Below, piece by piece: positions 17,398 through 27,383 of a stretch of 49,037 bases of DNA; within the stretch, counting starts at the first letter, position 1; every line of letters begins with the position of its first letter. Below the pieces are notes generated by a model that was not told the origin of the DNA, searched no databases, and saw only the letters and a list, made by a program, of their open reading frames with translations. Origin of the DNA: Anaerolineales bacterium. Its GTDB lineage: Bacteria; Chloroflexota; Anaerolineae; Anaerolineales; Villigracilaceae. The stretch covers positions 1-49,037 of the forward strand of contig JALUEF010000073.1 in assembly GCA_027053005.1 (NCBI GenBank), read 5' to 3'. Made by a program: the position numbers and the translations under genes.

Positions 17398-20300
17398 ATG
17401 TCTTTTGCCCACTTGCACGTCCACACCATCTATTCGCTGCTGGATGGATACAGCCATATCGATCGCTTGATGCAGCGCGTCAAAGAGATGAACATGCCGG
17501 CGGTCGCGGTGACCGATCACGGCACCATGTATGGCGTCATCGAGTTCTACCGCGCCGCTCGCAACGCCGGGGTGAAACCGATCATCGGCATCGAAACGTA
17601 TATGGCGGCCCGCGGCATGCAAGACCGCGACCCGCGCCTGGATAAAAAATCCACGCACTTGCTTTTGTTGGCCGAAAACGAAGTCGGATACAAAAACCTG
17701 TTGAAAATCGCTTCGGCGGCCCAGACGGACGGCTTTTATTACTATCCGCGCATCGATCACGACTTTTTGGCCGAACACGCCGAAGGATTGATCTGTACCA
17801 GCGGCTGTCTGGGCGCGGAAATCCCGCAGGCCTTGCTGAAGGAAGACCCGGAAGAAGCCGTCCGGCGGATGAACTGGTATTACGATGTCTTTGGGCCGGA
17901 CCGTTTTTATGTGGAGCTGCAGCACCACAACATCGCCGAAATCACCGAAGTCAACCGGCAACTGGTGGAACTGGGCGCGCGCTATTCCGCGAAGTTCGTC
18001 GCCACCAATGATGTCCATTACATTGACCCGGAGGACGCCTATTTCCAGGATGTGATGCTCGCCATCCAGACCGGCAAGCCGCTGTCCGCTGCCGACCGTT
18101 TCCGCATGGAAGGCTCGGATTATTATTTGCGTTCGCCGGAGGAGATGAGGCAACTTTTTGCGGAAGTGCCCGGCGCCATCAGCAACACGCTGGAAATCGC
18201 CGAGCGTTGCAACGTGGAATTCCGCTTTGCGGATGAGACCCACGAATACCACCTGCCCCATTTCCCGGTGCCGGAAGGCGAAACGGCCCAAACCTATCTG
18301 CGCAAGCTGTGCGAGGCGGGCGCGCGCAAGCGCTACGGGGCACGGGCGACCAGCCAGGAAGTGGTCGATCGCCTGAACTATGAACTGGACGTCATCCACA
18401 CCATGGGGTTCGACGCCTACTTCCTGATTGTGTGGGACCTGTGCCGCTACTCGCGTGAAAAAGGCATCTGGTATAACGCCCGTGGTTCTGCGGCCGGTTC
18501 GATTGTGGCCTATACGCTGGGCATTACCCTGGTGGACCCGCTCGACAAGGGCCTGCTCTTCGAACGCTTCCTCAATCCCGGGCGCGTTTCCATGCCCGAT
18601 ATCGACCTGGATTTCCCGGACGACCGGCGCGAAGAATTACTGGCCTATACCGCCCAAAAATACGGCTCCGACAAGGTAGCGCAGATCATCACCTTCGGCA
18701 CCCTGGGCTCCAAGGCCGCGGTGCGCGATGTGGGCCGGGTGATGGAGGTGGACCTCGATACGGTCAACCGCATCAGCAAATTGATTCCGCAAAAAAACAA
18801 CAAGCCGGTTTCGCTGAAAAAAGCCCTGGAGGAATCCGCCGAGTTGCGCGAATGGTATGAACGAGACCCCAGGGTAAAAAAGCTGATCGATACCGCCTCC
18901 CGCCTGGAAGGGGTGGTCCGCAACCCGGGGACGCACGCCGCCGGCGTGGTGGTCGGCGACAAGCCGCTGGTGGAATACCTTCCTTTGCACCGGCCCACCA
19001 ACCAGAACGCCGAAAGCGCCATTCCCACCGTCACCCAGTTCGAGATGAGCATCCTCGATTCGCTGGGGATGCTCAAGGTCGATTTCCTCGGCCTGTCTAC
19101 GCTGACGGTCATGTCCCGCGCCTGCGATTTAATCAAGGAGCGGCATGGCGTGGAATACAACCTGGCGAACATCCCCCACGACGACCCGGCCACCTATGAA
19201 TTGCTTGGCCGCGGCCAGACGGCGGGCGTCTTCCAGCTGGAAGGCAACGGGATGACCCGTTACCTGGTGGAAATGCAGCCCAAAACCTGGGACAATGTGA
19301 TCGCCATGGTGGCGCTTTACCGACCGGGGCCGATGGAATTCATCCCGCAATATATTCGCCGTATGCGGGGGGAGGAGGAGGTCACCTACAAGCACCCCTG
19401 GCTGGAGGAGATCTTCGCCGAAACATACGGCATTCCGGTCTATCAGGAACAGATCATGCAGGCCGCGGTCAAACTGGCGGGGTATAACCGTTCCGAGGCC
19501 GACAACCTGCGCAAGGCGATTGCCAAGAAAAAGAAGAAACAACTGATCAAGCACCGCGCCAAGTTCATCGAAGGCGCCGTAAAAAACGGTATTCCGCGCC
19601 ACACGGCGGAAGAGATCTTCGATGAATGGGAAGAATTCGCCCGCTACGGTTTCAACAAATCTCATGCGGCGGTCTATGGCCTGATGGCCGTGCAAACGGC
19701 CTTTCTCAAGGCGCACTATCCGGCGGAGTTCATGGCCGCGCTGATGTCGGTATTTAAATCGGACACCAGCAAGATCACAACCTACATCAATGAAAGCCGC
19801 AAGATGGGGCTGGAGGTCTTGCCGCCGGATGTCAACGTCAGCCGCTACGATTTCAGCATCGAAGACTTGCCCGGTGGCCGGACGGCCATTCGCTACGGGT
19901 TGGGGGCGGTGAAGACCGTCGGCTACGGCCCGGTAGAGGCCATCATCAAGCCGCGCGACGCCGACGGCCCCTTTGCCAACCTGGATGATTTCATTCGCCG
20001 GGTGGACCTGCGCGCCGTGGGCAAGCGCGCGCTGGAAGCCTTGATCAAGGTAGGCGCGCTGGATGCCTTTGGCAGCCGGGCGGGTTTGTTGTCGATCCTC
20101 GATCAGATCACCGGACAGAGCGCATCCTATTTCCGCGCCAGCGAGGCCGGGCAGCTCAGCCTCTTTGGCGAGGCGACCTCGGTACAGTTCAACGCCATCC
20201 ATGTGCCGGAGATCGAAACCGACCGCCGCGAACAGCTCAACTGGGAACGGGAATTGCTGGGGATCTTTGTCAGCGATCACCCGCTACGCCCTTATGCCGA

Positions 20301-21048
20301 CTTTTTGACCCAGGGCGTTTCGCACACGGCCAACACCATCGAAGAAGCGCAGAAGAACCAGCGCGTGCGCGTGGCCGGGATGGTCAACCGGGTGCGCCGC
20401 CACATGACCAAAACGGGCAAAGAGATGGCTTTTGCCACCATAGAAGATTTATACGGCAACATCGAACTGGTGCTCTTCCCCAAAACCTGGGAGCAATACC
20501 GCCATTTGCTGACAGAAGACCGCGTGCTGGTGGTGGAAGGCAAGGCGGATGACACCTCACCGCCCAAAGTGCTGGTCGATCACATCAGCACGGAGATGAC
20601 GATTGTTGTGGCCGCCGAAGAAGAGGAGGGAGACGCCCCCCCAGCCGTGCGGGAGAGTGCTGCGGCCTATGCCCCCTCATGGCAGGCGGTGGAGATGCCG
20701 CCAGAACCGCCCCTGTCCCCGTTTGAAGTGCCACCAGCCGGCGGCAACGGCGCCGCGGCGCCGGCCAGCGTTCAGCCGCCAGCCGGCCCTGAGTCGGCTG
20801 CCCGGCTTCCCCGACAGCTGACCGTCGTCCTGCGCAGCAGCGCAGACCGTGCCCGCGACATCCGCCTGGTGGAACGCGTGTGCCGGTTGCTGCAATCGGT
20901 GCCGGGAGAGGATCGTTTCATGTTGCGCATCATCCAAAACGGGCACGAGCATCTGATCGACTTTCCTCGCCATCGCACCGACATCAACCGGGTGTTGCCC
21001 GGTCTGCGCAAATGGCTGGATGAACACGATTTGTTGATTGAAAAATAG
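17398..21048 (+). CDS. dnaE: DNA polymerase III alpha subunit
   Basis: PHP motif 'HLHVHTIYSLLDG', 'ARGSAAGS', 'PDIDLDF', an OB-fold near the C-terminus. Length is 1216 aa. Confidence 0.97.
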   Translation: MSFAHLHVHTIYSLLDGYSHIDRLMQRVKEMNMPAVAVTDHGTMYGVIEFYRAARNAGVKPIIGIETYMAARGMQDRDPRLDKKSTHLLLLAENEVGYKNLLKIASAAQTDGFYYYPRIDHDFLAEHAEGLICTSGCLGAEIPQALLKEDPEEAVRRMNWYYDVFGPDRFYVELQHHNIAEITEVNRQLVELGARYSAKFVATNDVHYIDPEDAYFQDVMLAIQTGKPLSAADRFRMEGSDYYLRSPEEMRQLFAEVPGAISNTLEIAERCNVEFRFADETHEYHLPHFPVPEGETAQTYLRKLCEAGARKRYGARATSQEVVDRLNYELDVIHTMGFDAYFLIVWDLCRYSREKGIWYNARGSAAGSIVAYTLGITLVDPLDKGLLFERFLNPGRVSMPDIDLDFPDDRREELLAYTAQKYGSDKVAQIITFGTLGSKAAVRDVGRVMEVDLDTVNRISKLIPQKNNKPVSLKKALEESAELREWYERDPRVKKLIDTASRLEGVVRNPGTHAAGVVVGDKPLVEYLPLHRPTNQNAESAIPTVTQFEMSILDSLGMLKVDFLGLSTLTVMSRACDLIKERHGVEYNLANIPHDDPATYELLGRGQTAGVFQLEGNGMTRYLVEMQPKTWDNVIAMVALYRPGPMEFIPQYIRRMRGEEEVTYKHPWLEEIFAETYGIPVYQEQIMQAAVKLAGYNRSEADNLRKAIAKKKKKQLIKHRAKFIEGAVKNGIPRHTAEEIFDEWEEFARYGFNKSHAAVYGLMAVQTAFLKAHYPAEFMAALMSVFKSDTSKITTYINESRKMGLEVLPPDVNVSRYDFSIEDLPGGRTAIRYGLGAVKTVGYGPVEAIIKPRDADGPFANLDDFIRRVDLRAVGKRALEALIKVGALDAFGSRAGLLSILDQITGQSASYFRASEAGQLSLFGEATSVQFNAIHVPEIETDRREQLNWERELLGIFVSDHPLRPYADFLTQGVSHTANTIEEAQKNQRVRVAGMVNRVRRHMTKTGKEMAFATIEDLYGNIELVLFPKTWEQYRHLLTEDRVLVVEGKADDTSPPKVLVDHISTEMTIVVAAEEEEGDAPPAVRESAAAYAPSWQAVEMPPEPPLSPFEVPPAGGNGAAAPASVQPPAGPESAARLPRQLTVVLRSSADRARDIRLVERVCRLLQSVPGEDRFMLRIIQNGHEHLIDFPRHRTDINRVLPGLRKWLDEHDLLIEK

Positions 21049-21073
21049 GCAGCCCGCCGGTGTGTGCCGCCCC

Positions 21074-21892
21074 TTAACGCGGCGCCGTGCTGGCCTGCGG
21101 CAGGCGGCGGAGATCGCGGCAGCGTTCGCAAGTCGGGTTCTGGCAAAGCAGGGCTTGCGGGTCCTTTTGGACGAGAGCGACGACGGTCTCCAGCAGGCCA
21201 GCGACGGGCATGGCACGAACCTGTGCCGTGCCGACCTTCAAAGTGATGGCCGAGTGCAGGTGGGGGGCGATGGCCTCAAATCCCAGCGAACACCCCGGGA
21301 AACCGTGAATTTCGCGCACACCGTGCGGCGTCAGCGCCCAACGGACGAATTGCCGCCGCCCGGCCAGTTTTTCGCCGTAGTGAATGGCGGTGTTGCTGGT
21401 GTGGTCAACGCCCATGAGCAGCACCCAGCCGTCGGCAGCGGCCAGCGCGCCCACAGGCGCCAGTGGATCGTAGAGCGTCTGCCGGGCCAGCAGGGCATCC
21501 ACACCTACGCCGCCGAAAGAGAGCAGCGGGTGGCGGGTGCGCCGCGCCTGCCGATGGCGGAGCAAAACCCGCGGCAGCACGCCCATCATTTTGTGTGGCG
21601 GCAAATTGGCGTGAAAGGGAACGGCCATCAGATCCTGGTCGCGGTATGTGCCGTAGGTCATGCCGTTCAGCGGCGGCCCCACCAACGGGCGGAGCATGGT
21701 CTGGTAGGTGAAGGTGGGGGCCATCACACCGGCGGTTTCGGCCAGCAACGCGCCCAGCAAGGCTTCGGCGCCGCCGCGCACAGGGCCAAAGGCCCGCATG
21801 GAGGTATGCACCAGCACCGGGCGATTGCGCAACCCCAGGCTGCGCAACGTCCGGCGGAAGTCGGGGTAGCCCAGGGTCAGCGGCCTTTCCAC
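21074..21892 (-). CDS. AAC(3)-family aminoglycoside N-acetyltransferase-like protein
   Basis: 'VLVHTSMRAFGPVRGGAEALLGALL' and 'APTFTYQT' resemble the Antibiotic_NAT family. GTG start at 21892 overlaps the upstream crotonase gene by 16 nt. Confidence 0.65.
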   Translation of the reverse strand: MERPLTLGYPDFRRTLRSLGLRNRPVLVHTSMRAFGPVRGGAEALLGALLAETAGVMAPTFTYQTMLRPLVGPPLNGMTYGTYRDQDLMAVPFHANLPPHKMMGVLPRVLLRHRQARRTRHPLLSFGGVGVDALLARQTLYDPLAPVGALAAADGWVLLMGVDHTSNTAIHYGEKLAGRRQFVRWALTPHGVREIHGFPGCSLGFEAIAPHLHSAITLKVGTAQVRAMPVAGLLETVVALVQKDPQALLCQNPTCERCRDLRRLPQASTAPR

Positions 21893-22653
21893 AACGGTTC
21901 GCGTTTTTCGATGAACGCTTGCATCCCCTCTTTTTGGTCTTCGCTGGCGAAGAGGAAATAGAAGGCGCGGCGTTCGGCGTCCAGCCCCTGGCTGAGGGGC
22001 AGTTCAAAAGCCAGGTTGACCATCTCCTTGCCCAGGCGGACGGCCAGCGGCGCCCGGCTGGCGATTTGGGCGGCCAATTCCAGGGCTTCATCCAGGTAAC
22101 GTTCTTGCGGCACGACGCGGTTCACCAGCCCAAAGCGCAGGGCTTCTTCGGCGGACAACATGCGGTTGTTGAGCACCATCTCCATGGCAATGGCCTTGCC
22201 GACCGCGTGCGTCAGGCGCTGGGTGCCGCCGGCCCCGGGGATGACGCCTATGGTAACTTCGGGCTGGCCAAACTTTGCGCTCTCCGCGGCGACGATCATA
22301 TCGCACGACATAGCCAGTTCGCAGCCGCCGCCCAGGGCATAGCCGGAAACAGCGGCGATGATCGGTTTGGTGACGGCGCGAATGGCATCGAAGAGCTCGA
22401 CAAAGCTCCCCTTGAGCATATCCACGGCGGAGGCGGAGGCCATTTGTTTGATGTCGGCGCCAGCGGCAAAAGCGCGTTCATTGCCAGCAATGACAATGGC
22501 GCCAATGGCTTCATCGGCTTCGAAGGCTTGCAAGGCAGCGGCCAGTTCACTCAGCAGCGGGCCGTTGAGGGCGTTGAGCGCTTTGGGGCGGTTGAGCTGT
22601 ATCAACCCGACACGCTCCCGTTTTTCGGCCAGAATGTTTTCGTAAGTCATCAT
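21877..22653 (-). CDS. enoyl-CoA hydratase (crotonase family)
   Basis: ATGATG at 22653 follows GGAGGA. 'LNRPKALNAL' and 'AAVSGYALGGGCELAMSCDMIVAAESAKFGQPE'. Confidence 0.9.
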   Translation of the reverse strand: MMTYENILAEKRERVGLIQLNRPKALNALNGPLLSELAAALQAFEADEAIGAIVIAGNERAFAAGADIKQMASASAVDMLKGSFVELFDAIRAVTKPIIAAVSGYALGGGCELAMSCDMIVAAESAKFGQPEVTIGVIPGAGGTQRLTHAVGKAIAMEMVLNNRMLSAEEALRFGLVNRVVPQERYLDEALELAAQIASRAPLAVRLGKEMVNLAFELPLSQGLDAERRAFYFLFASEDQKEGMQAFIEKREPLWKGR

Positions 22654-22929
22654 CTTTTCCTCCAAAAAAATTTCTAACCCTGTTTTTATTATAGTCGGAT
22701 ATGATAAGTTGCGTACCCACCCGGTGGACTTCACGCCAATTGATGAACCAGCCGCTTGCTGGTTGAGCCGCCTCACAAGGGCACATTGCAACCCAGGAGT
22801 GCAAACAATGGCTGCAAGACGGCATTCGCCGGAGCAATGCCTGCTCGGCCAGCGGTTTTGCGGCGTCATGGTGGTTACAGTCTCCAACAGATTGGATGAA
22901 CATCCATGGTTTGGCAAAAGAGGTGAACG

Positions 22930-23328
22930 ATGGACATTTTATTGAGCATTCATTCCGCGCTGCGCTGGCTGCTGGCTGCGCTTTTGCTGGGTTTGTTGGG
23001 CCGCCTGGCCTGGTTACTGGGGCGCAGGCAAGCCTTCGCCAAAATGGATCGCGGGCTGCTGGCGGCCTTCAGCGGCCTGATGGATACCCAGGCGCTGCTG
23101 GGGCTGCTGTATTTCTTCCTTTCCGGGCTGGGAGGCGCCGGTTTTCCGCTTTACCGCATTGAGCACCTGACGACCATGTTCCTGGCCGTTGGGGTCAGTC
23201 ATTTGCCCTTGCGCTGGCTGAAGAAAGGTCACCCGCAAGCCGTGCGCAATTCATTCCTGGCCGTGCTGGTGACGATGGCCCTGATCTATGCGGGCGTCGT
23301 TTCCCTGCCCGGCGGCTGGACACGCTGA
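22930..23328 (+). CDS. hypothetical 4-TM membrane protein
   Basis: Hydrophobic helices 'LRWLLAALLLGLLG', 'ALLGLLYFFLSGL', 'TMFLAVGVSHL' and 'FLAVLVTMALIYAGV'. No family recognised. Confidence 0.5.
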   Translation: MDILLSIHSALRWLLAALLLGLLGRLAWLLGRRQAFAKMDRGLLAAFSGLMDTQALLGLLYFFLSGLGGAGFPLYRIEHLTTMFLAVGVSHLPLRWLKKGHPQAVRNSFLAVLVTMALIYAGVVSLPGGWTR

Positions 23329-23350
23329 CCGGCGGGCCCCGATTGGGCGA

Positions 23351-24013
23351 TCAGGACAGCAAAATCGAGGCCAGGTCGGCGGTGGAGGGCAGGATCAGGT
23401 CGGCGCCGCTGCGCCGCAGTTCGCCTTCTTCCCCGAACCCGCAGAGCACGCCGACGGTTTGGGCGCCGGCTGCGCGTCCTGCGTGGATGTCCACCGTCGT
23501 GTCTCCGATCATCAAACATTCCTCGGGCCGGACGCCCATCCGTGCGGCAGCCCACAGGATGGGATCGGGGTAGGGTTTGGTGTGTTCGACGGTGGTGGCG
23601 CCCGCCACACAGACGAAGCGATCCAAAATGCCGGTGGCTTCCAGCAGGGCGCGGGTGCTGGTCTCGTCGCGAGCGCTCACCACGCTCAAGGGATAGCGCT
23701 CGCCGAGGGCCGCCAGCATGGTTTCTACGCCGGCGATCAGCCGAAAGTGGCGCATGGGGCGGGAGCGGCGCTGCAGGCGCTCGATCAGGCCGTAGAGTTC
23801 GTCGTCCAGGCCGAACCGGTCTGGAATGCCGATCAACCAGTTGCCCGGGGTCTCGGCGGCCATCACCAGCCGCCGCGCCAGACGATGAGGGTCCGTCAGC
23901 GGGTGGAGGAAGGTCAACCAACGGGCCAGCCGCTCCACGGCTAAGTCGTCGGTGTCGTTGAGGGTGCCGTCCACATCAAAGCAGAGGGCGCGGATCCGGT
24001 CTTTTTGCAGCAT
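23351..24013 (-). CDS. HAD-family hydrolase (phosphoglycolate phosphatase-like)
   Basis: Motif I 'CFDVDGTLNDT', motif II 'VVSARD', motif IV 'MIGDTTVDIHAGRAAG'. Confidence 0.85.
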   Translation of the reverse strand: MLQKDRIRALCFDVDGTLNDTDDLAVERLARWLTFLHPLTDPHRLARRLVMAAETPGNWLIGIPDRFGLDDELYGLIERLQRRSRPMRHFRLIAGVETMLAALGERYPLSVVSARDETSTRALLEATGILDRFVCVAGATTVEHTKPYPDPILWAAARMGVRPEECLMIGDTTVDIHAGRAAGAQTVGVLCGFGEEGELRRSGADLILPSTADLASILLS

Positions 24014-24131
24014 AGACGATCTCCTTTTCTCCCGCTTCGGTGCGGGCTGCCTGTATTGTACCCGTTGGGTGCGGCTTCTGTTGGGCGTAGCGGCCTTTCT
24101 CTTTTTTGCCTTATGCTATACTGAACATATC

Positions 24132-25310
24132 ATGAGCGCCCTGGTCTCCACCATCACCCACCTGGAGTGCCCGCAATGCGGGCGTCGCTTCCGCCCCGAT
24201 CGGGTGCAGACGATTTGCAAACGCTGCCGGTCGCCTTTGCTGGCACGGTATGACCTGGAAAAAGCCGCCCGTCAGATGCACCCCTCTTTGTCAACGCGAC
24301 CGCGCGGCCTTTGGCGTTGGGCAGAACTACTGCCCGTGCGCTCGCCGGCGCACCGGATTTCCCTGGGAGAGGGGGATACCCCTTTGCTGCCCTTGCCGCG
24401 GCTGGGAGAACGCCTGGGGCTGGCCCAGCTATACCTCAAAGACGAGGGGCGCAACCCTACCGGCTCGTTCAAAGCCCGTGGGCTGGCTGTGGCTGTTTCA
24501 CGCGCTAAGGAGCTGGGCGTGCGCGGTTTGGTCATCCCCACGGCGGGCAACGCCGGCGGCGCGCTGGCGGCTTACGCGGCCCGCGCCGGTTTGCCGGCGC
24601 GCGTCTTCATGCCGCAAGATGCGCCGCTTCTCAACCAGCGCGAAGTGCTGGCGGCGGGCGCCCAATTGCACCTGGTCGCCGGTCTGATCACCGATGCGGC
24701 GGTGCAGGCGCGCAAGGCGCTGCGGCGCGGCTGGCTGGATGTTTCGACTTTTCGTGAGCCGTATCGGGTGGAAGGAAAGAAGACGATGGGGCTGGAGATG
24801 GCCGAGGCCTTTTCCTGGCAACTGCCCGAAGCGATCGTTTACCCCACGGGCGGCGGCACGGGACTGGTGGGAATGTGGAAGGCTTTTGCTGAACTGGAAG
24901 CCATGGGATGGATCGACGAGCGGCGTCCACGGATGATCAGCGTTCAGGCGGCGGGGTGCGCGCCCCTCGTGCGCGCCTGGCAGCGCGGCGCGGAGCGCGT
25001 GGCGCCCTGGGAGAACGCCTCTACCCTGGCCGCGGGGTTACGCGTCCCCTCCATTTTCGCCGACCGGCTGGTGTTGCGCGTTCTGCGCGAAAGCGACGGC
25101 CTGGCCGTGGCGGTGACGGATGATGAAATTTTGCAGGCGCAGCGCGAACTGGCGCACCAGGAAGGCATTTGGGCAGCCCCCGAGGGCGCAGCCACTCTGG
25201 CCGCCCTGAAAAAACTCCGCCAAAAAGGCCTGCTGGATGCTCACCAGAGGGTGGTGTTGTTCAATACCGGCACGGGGTTGAAATATCCGAAGGAAGAACG
25301 CGATGGGTAA
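24132..25310 (+). CDS. thrC: threonine synthase (with N-terminal zinc-ribbon)
   Basis: ATG 24132. 'CPQCG...CKRC'. PLP-Lys motif 'NPTGSFKARGLAV'. 'PTAGNAGGALAAYA'. Confidence 0.9.
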   Translation: MSALVSTITHLECPQCGRRFRPDRVQTICKRCRSPLLARYDLEKAARQMHPSLSTRPRGLWRWAELLPVRSPAHRISLGEGDTPLLPLPRLGERLGLAQLYLKDEGRNPTGSFKARGLAVAVSRAKELGVRGLVIPTAGNAGGALAAYAARAGLPARVFMPQDAPLLNQREVLAAGAQLHLVAGLITDAAVQARKALRRGWLDVSTFREPYRVEGKKTMGLEMAEAFSWQLPEAIVYPTGGGTGLVGMWKAFAELEAMGWIDERRPRMISVQAAGCAPLVRAWQRGAERVAPWENASTLAAGLRVPSIFADRLVLRVLRESDGLAVAVTDDEILQAQRELAHQEGIWAAPEGAATLAALKKLRQKGLLDAHQRVVLFNTGTGLKYPKEERDG

Positions 25311-27369
25311 AAAGGAAGAACGTTCCCTGCTCTCTTTGCTGTATAGCATCAGCCGCGACCTGGCCAGCGAACTGGAATTGCGCGAAGTGTTGCAACGGGT
25401 GTTGTTTGCTTCTTTGGAGCATGTGGGTGGAGAGCGCGCCAGCATTGTGGTGCTGGATGATCAAGGCAATCCGGTCGATGCGACCATTGTGTACAACGGA
25501 CAGATGCACACCCACACCACCCGGCAACTGCGAGAAACGGTGGAACGAGGGCTGGCCGGATGGGTGGTGCGTCACCGAAAAGCGGCGCTGGTAACCGATA
25601 CCAGCCACGATGAACGCTGGCTTCACCGCCCCGACGATGCCGAACTGGAAACCCCCAAATCGGCGATTTGCGTCCCCTTGCTCTCGCGCAGCAAACTGGT
25701 GGGGGTGTTGACGCTGGTGCACCCTCGCCCCGGCGCTTTTAGCCATACCGACCTGGAATTGATGCAATCTATCGCCGACCAGGCGGGCATTGCAGTGCTC
25801 AACGCCCGCCTGTATGCCGAAAGCCAACGGCAGGCGCGGGTGATGACCGCCCTGGCCGAGAGCGCCATGAACATCAACGCCTCTTTGCAACTGGAAGACG
25901 TGTTCTTCAAAATTCTGGAGCAAATCAGCCGGGCGCTGCAAGTGCAAACAGCGGCCATCGCCTTGCTGGAAGCCGATCAGCTGGTGATTGCCCGAGCGCT
26001 GGGGCAGGCCAGCGAGCAACTTCAGGGGCTGCACCTCTCCAAAGACCAGGGCATCTTTGGCTGGGTCATGCGCGAGGGGCGTGGAACGGTAGTCCCCTAC
26101 GCCGAAAAAGATGAACGCTTTTCTGCAAGCGATGCACTTCCTGCTCTGGAAACCCGAGCGCTAGCGTGCGCACCGCTGCGCGTGGGCCGCCGCACGATCG
26201 GCTTGTTGATCGCAGTCAACCCCATCAAAGGCAGATTCGACCGCGACACCCTCCTGCTGATGACCGGCATCGGCAGCCTGGCCGGCCTGGCCATCCAAAA
26301 TGCACGCCTCTTCCAGCGGCTGGATGCCGCGCATCGGCGGTACCGCGAACTTTTCGAAGAAAGCATTGACCCCATTGTGCTCACTGACCTGGAAGGGCAG
26401 GTGCTGGAAGCCAACCGCATGGCCTTGCGCGTGCTGGGCTTCGACCTGGAAACGATCCAGGCGATGACCGTGGACCAATTGCACGAGGTCTTGTGGGCGA
26501 ACGTGGGCATGGACTTCGAACTGGTGAGCGGCAATGCGCCCGTGCGGTATGAATCGGCCCTGTATCGGCGAAACGGAACCTTGAGCGTAGAAGTGTACGT
26601 CCACCGCGTATATTACGAAAACAACGTGGTGCTTCGCTGGACGTTCCGCGACATCACCGAGCGCAAAGAACTGGACTTATTGCGCAATGATTTGACATCC
26701 ATGATTTACCACGACTTGCGCTCCCCGCTGGCCAATATTTCCTCCAGCCTGGACCTCTTGCAGACCTTGGTCAAGGTAGAAAGCGACGACCAGATCCAGG
26801 CCGTCATGCGGATTGCCGAGCATTCTGTCGGGCGTATTCAGCGCCTGCTCAGCTCTTTGCTCGATCTCAACCGCCTGGAAGCCGGGCAGCCGATCGTCAG
26901 CCAACAGGTGGCCGAAGCCCGTGTCATCGTCCGCGACGCAGTGGCCGCCGTCCAACCGCAAGCCGGCGGGCGGCAGCAGCGCCTCAAGGTGCTGGTAGAT
27001 GACACCTTACGCCATCTCTGGGCCGATTCAGACATGATCCTGCGCGTACTCACCAACCTGATAGAAAACGCCATCAAGTTTTCACCCCCTGGCTCCACCA
27101 TTCGCGTGGGCGCGCGAGAAGAACAAGACATGGCACTCTTCTGGGTGCAAGACGAAGGCCCCGGCATCCCCCCGCAAGAGCAGGAACACATTTTCGACAA
27201 ATTCAAACGCCTGCGCTCAGAAAAAGGTCCTAAAGGGCTGGGAATTGGGCTGGCTTTTTGCCGGTTGGCGGTGAACGGTCATGGCGGTAAAATCTGGGTG
27301 GAAAGCCAACCCGGCCAGGGAAGCACCTTTTACTTTACCCTTCCCTTTGCCCCGCCGGGAACCTATTGA
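25303..27369 (+). CDS. sensor histidine kinase, GAF-GAF-PAS-HisKA-HATPase
   Basis: Two GAF-like segments ending '...GVLTLVHPRPGAF' and '...IGLLIAVNPIKGRF'. H-box 'HDLRSPLANI', N-box 'LTNLIENAIKFS', G-box 'GLGIGLAFC'. The ATG overlaps the thrC stop by 8 nt. Confidence 0.9.
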   Translation: MGKKEERSLLSLLYSISRDLASELELREVLQRVLFASLEHVGGERASIVVLDDQGNPVDATIVYNGQMHTHTTRQLRETVERGLAGWVVRHRKAALVTDTSHDERWLHRPDDAELETPKSAICVPLLSRSKLVGVLTLVHPRPGAFSHTDLELMQSIADQAGIAVLNARLYAESQRQARVMTALAESAMNINASLQLEDVFFKILEQISRALQVQTAAIALLEADQLVIARALGQASEQLQGLHLSKDQGIFGWVMREGRGTVVPYAEKDERFSASDALPALETRALACAPLRVGRRTIGLLIAVNPIKGRFDRDTLLLMTGIGSLAGLAIQNARLFQRLDAAHRRYRELFEESIDPIVLTDLEGQVLEANRMALRVLGFDLETIQAMTVDQLHEVLWANVGMDFELVSGNAPVRYESALYRRNGTLSVEVYVHRVYYENNVVLRWTFRDITERKELDLLRNDLTSMIYHDLRSPLANISSSLDLLQTLVKVESDDQIQAVMRIAEHSVGRIQRLLSSLLDLNRLEAGQPIVSQQVAEARVIVRDAVAAVQPQAGGRQQRLKVLVDDTLRHLWADSDMILRVLTNLIENAIKFSPPGSTIRVGAREEQDMALFWVQDEGPGIPPQEQEHIFDKFKRLRSEKGPKGLGIGLAFCRLAVNGHGGKIWVESQPGQGSTFYFTLPFAPPGTY

Positions 27370-27383
27370 CCGCAGGAGACCCG

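Noticed and set aside
20580-21048. C-terminal ~150 aa of DnaE (Pro/Ala-rich linker plus ~80-aa domain), considered as an intein, fusion or novel appended domain
   Set aside because: There are no intein splice motifs. A post-OB-fold C-terminal domain is normal for DnaE (the tau/clamp-interacting region), and the linker is just low complexity. I see nothing demonstrably unusual.
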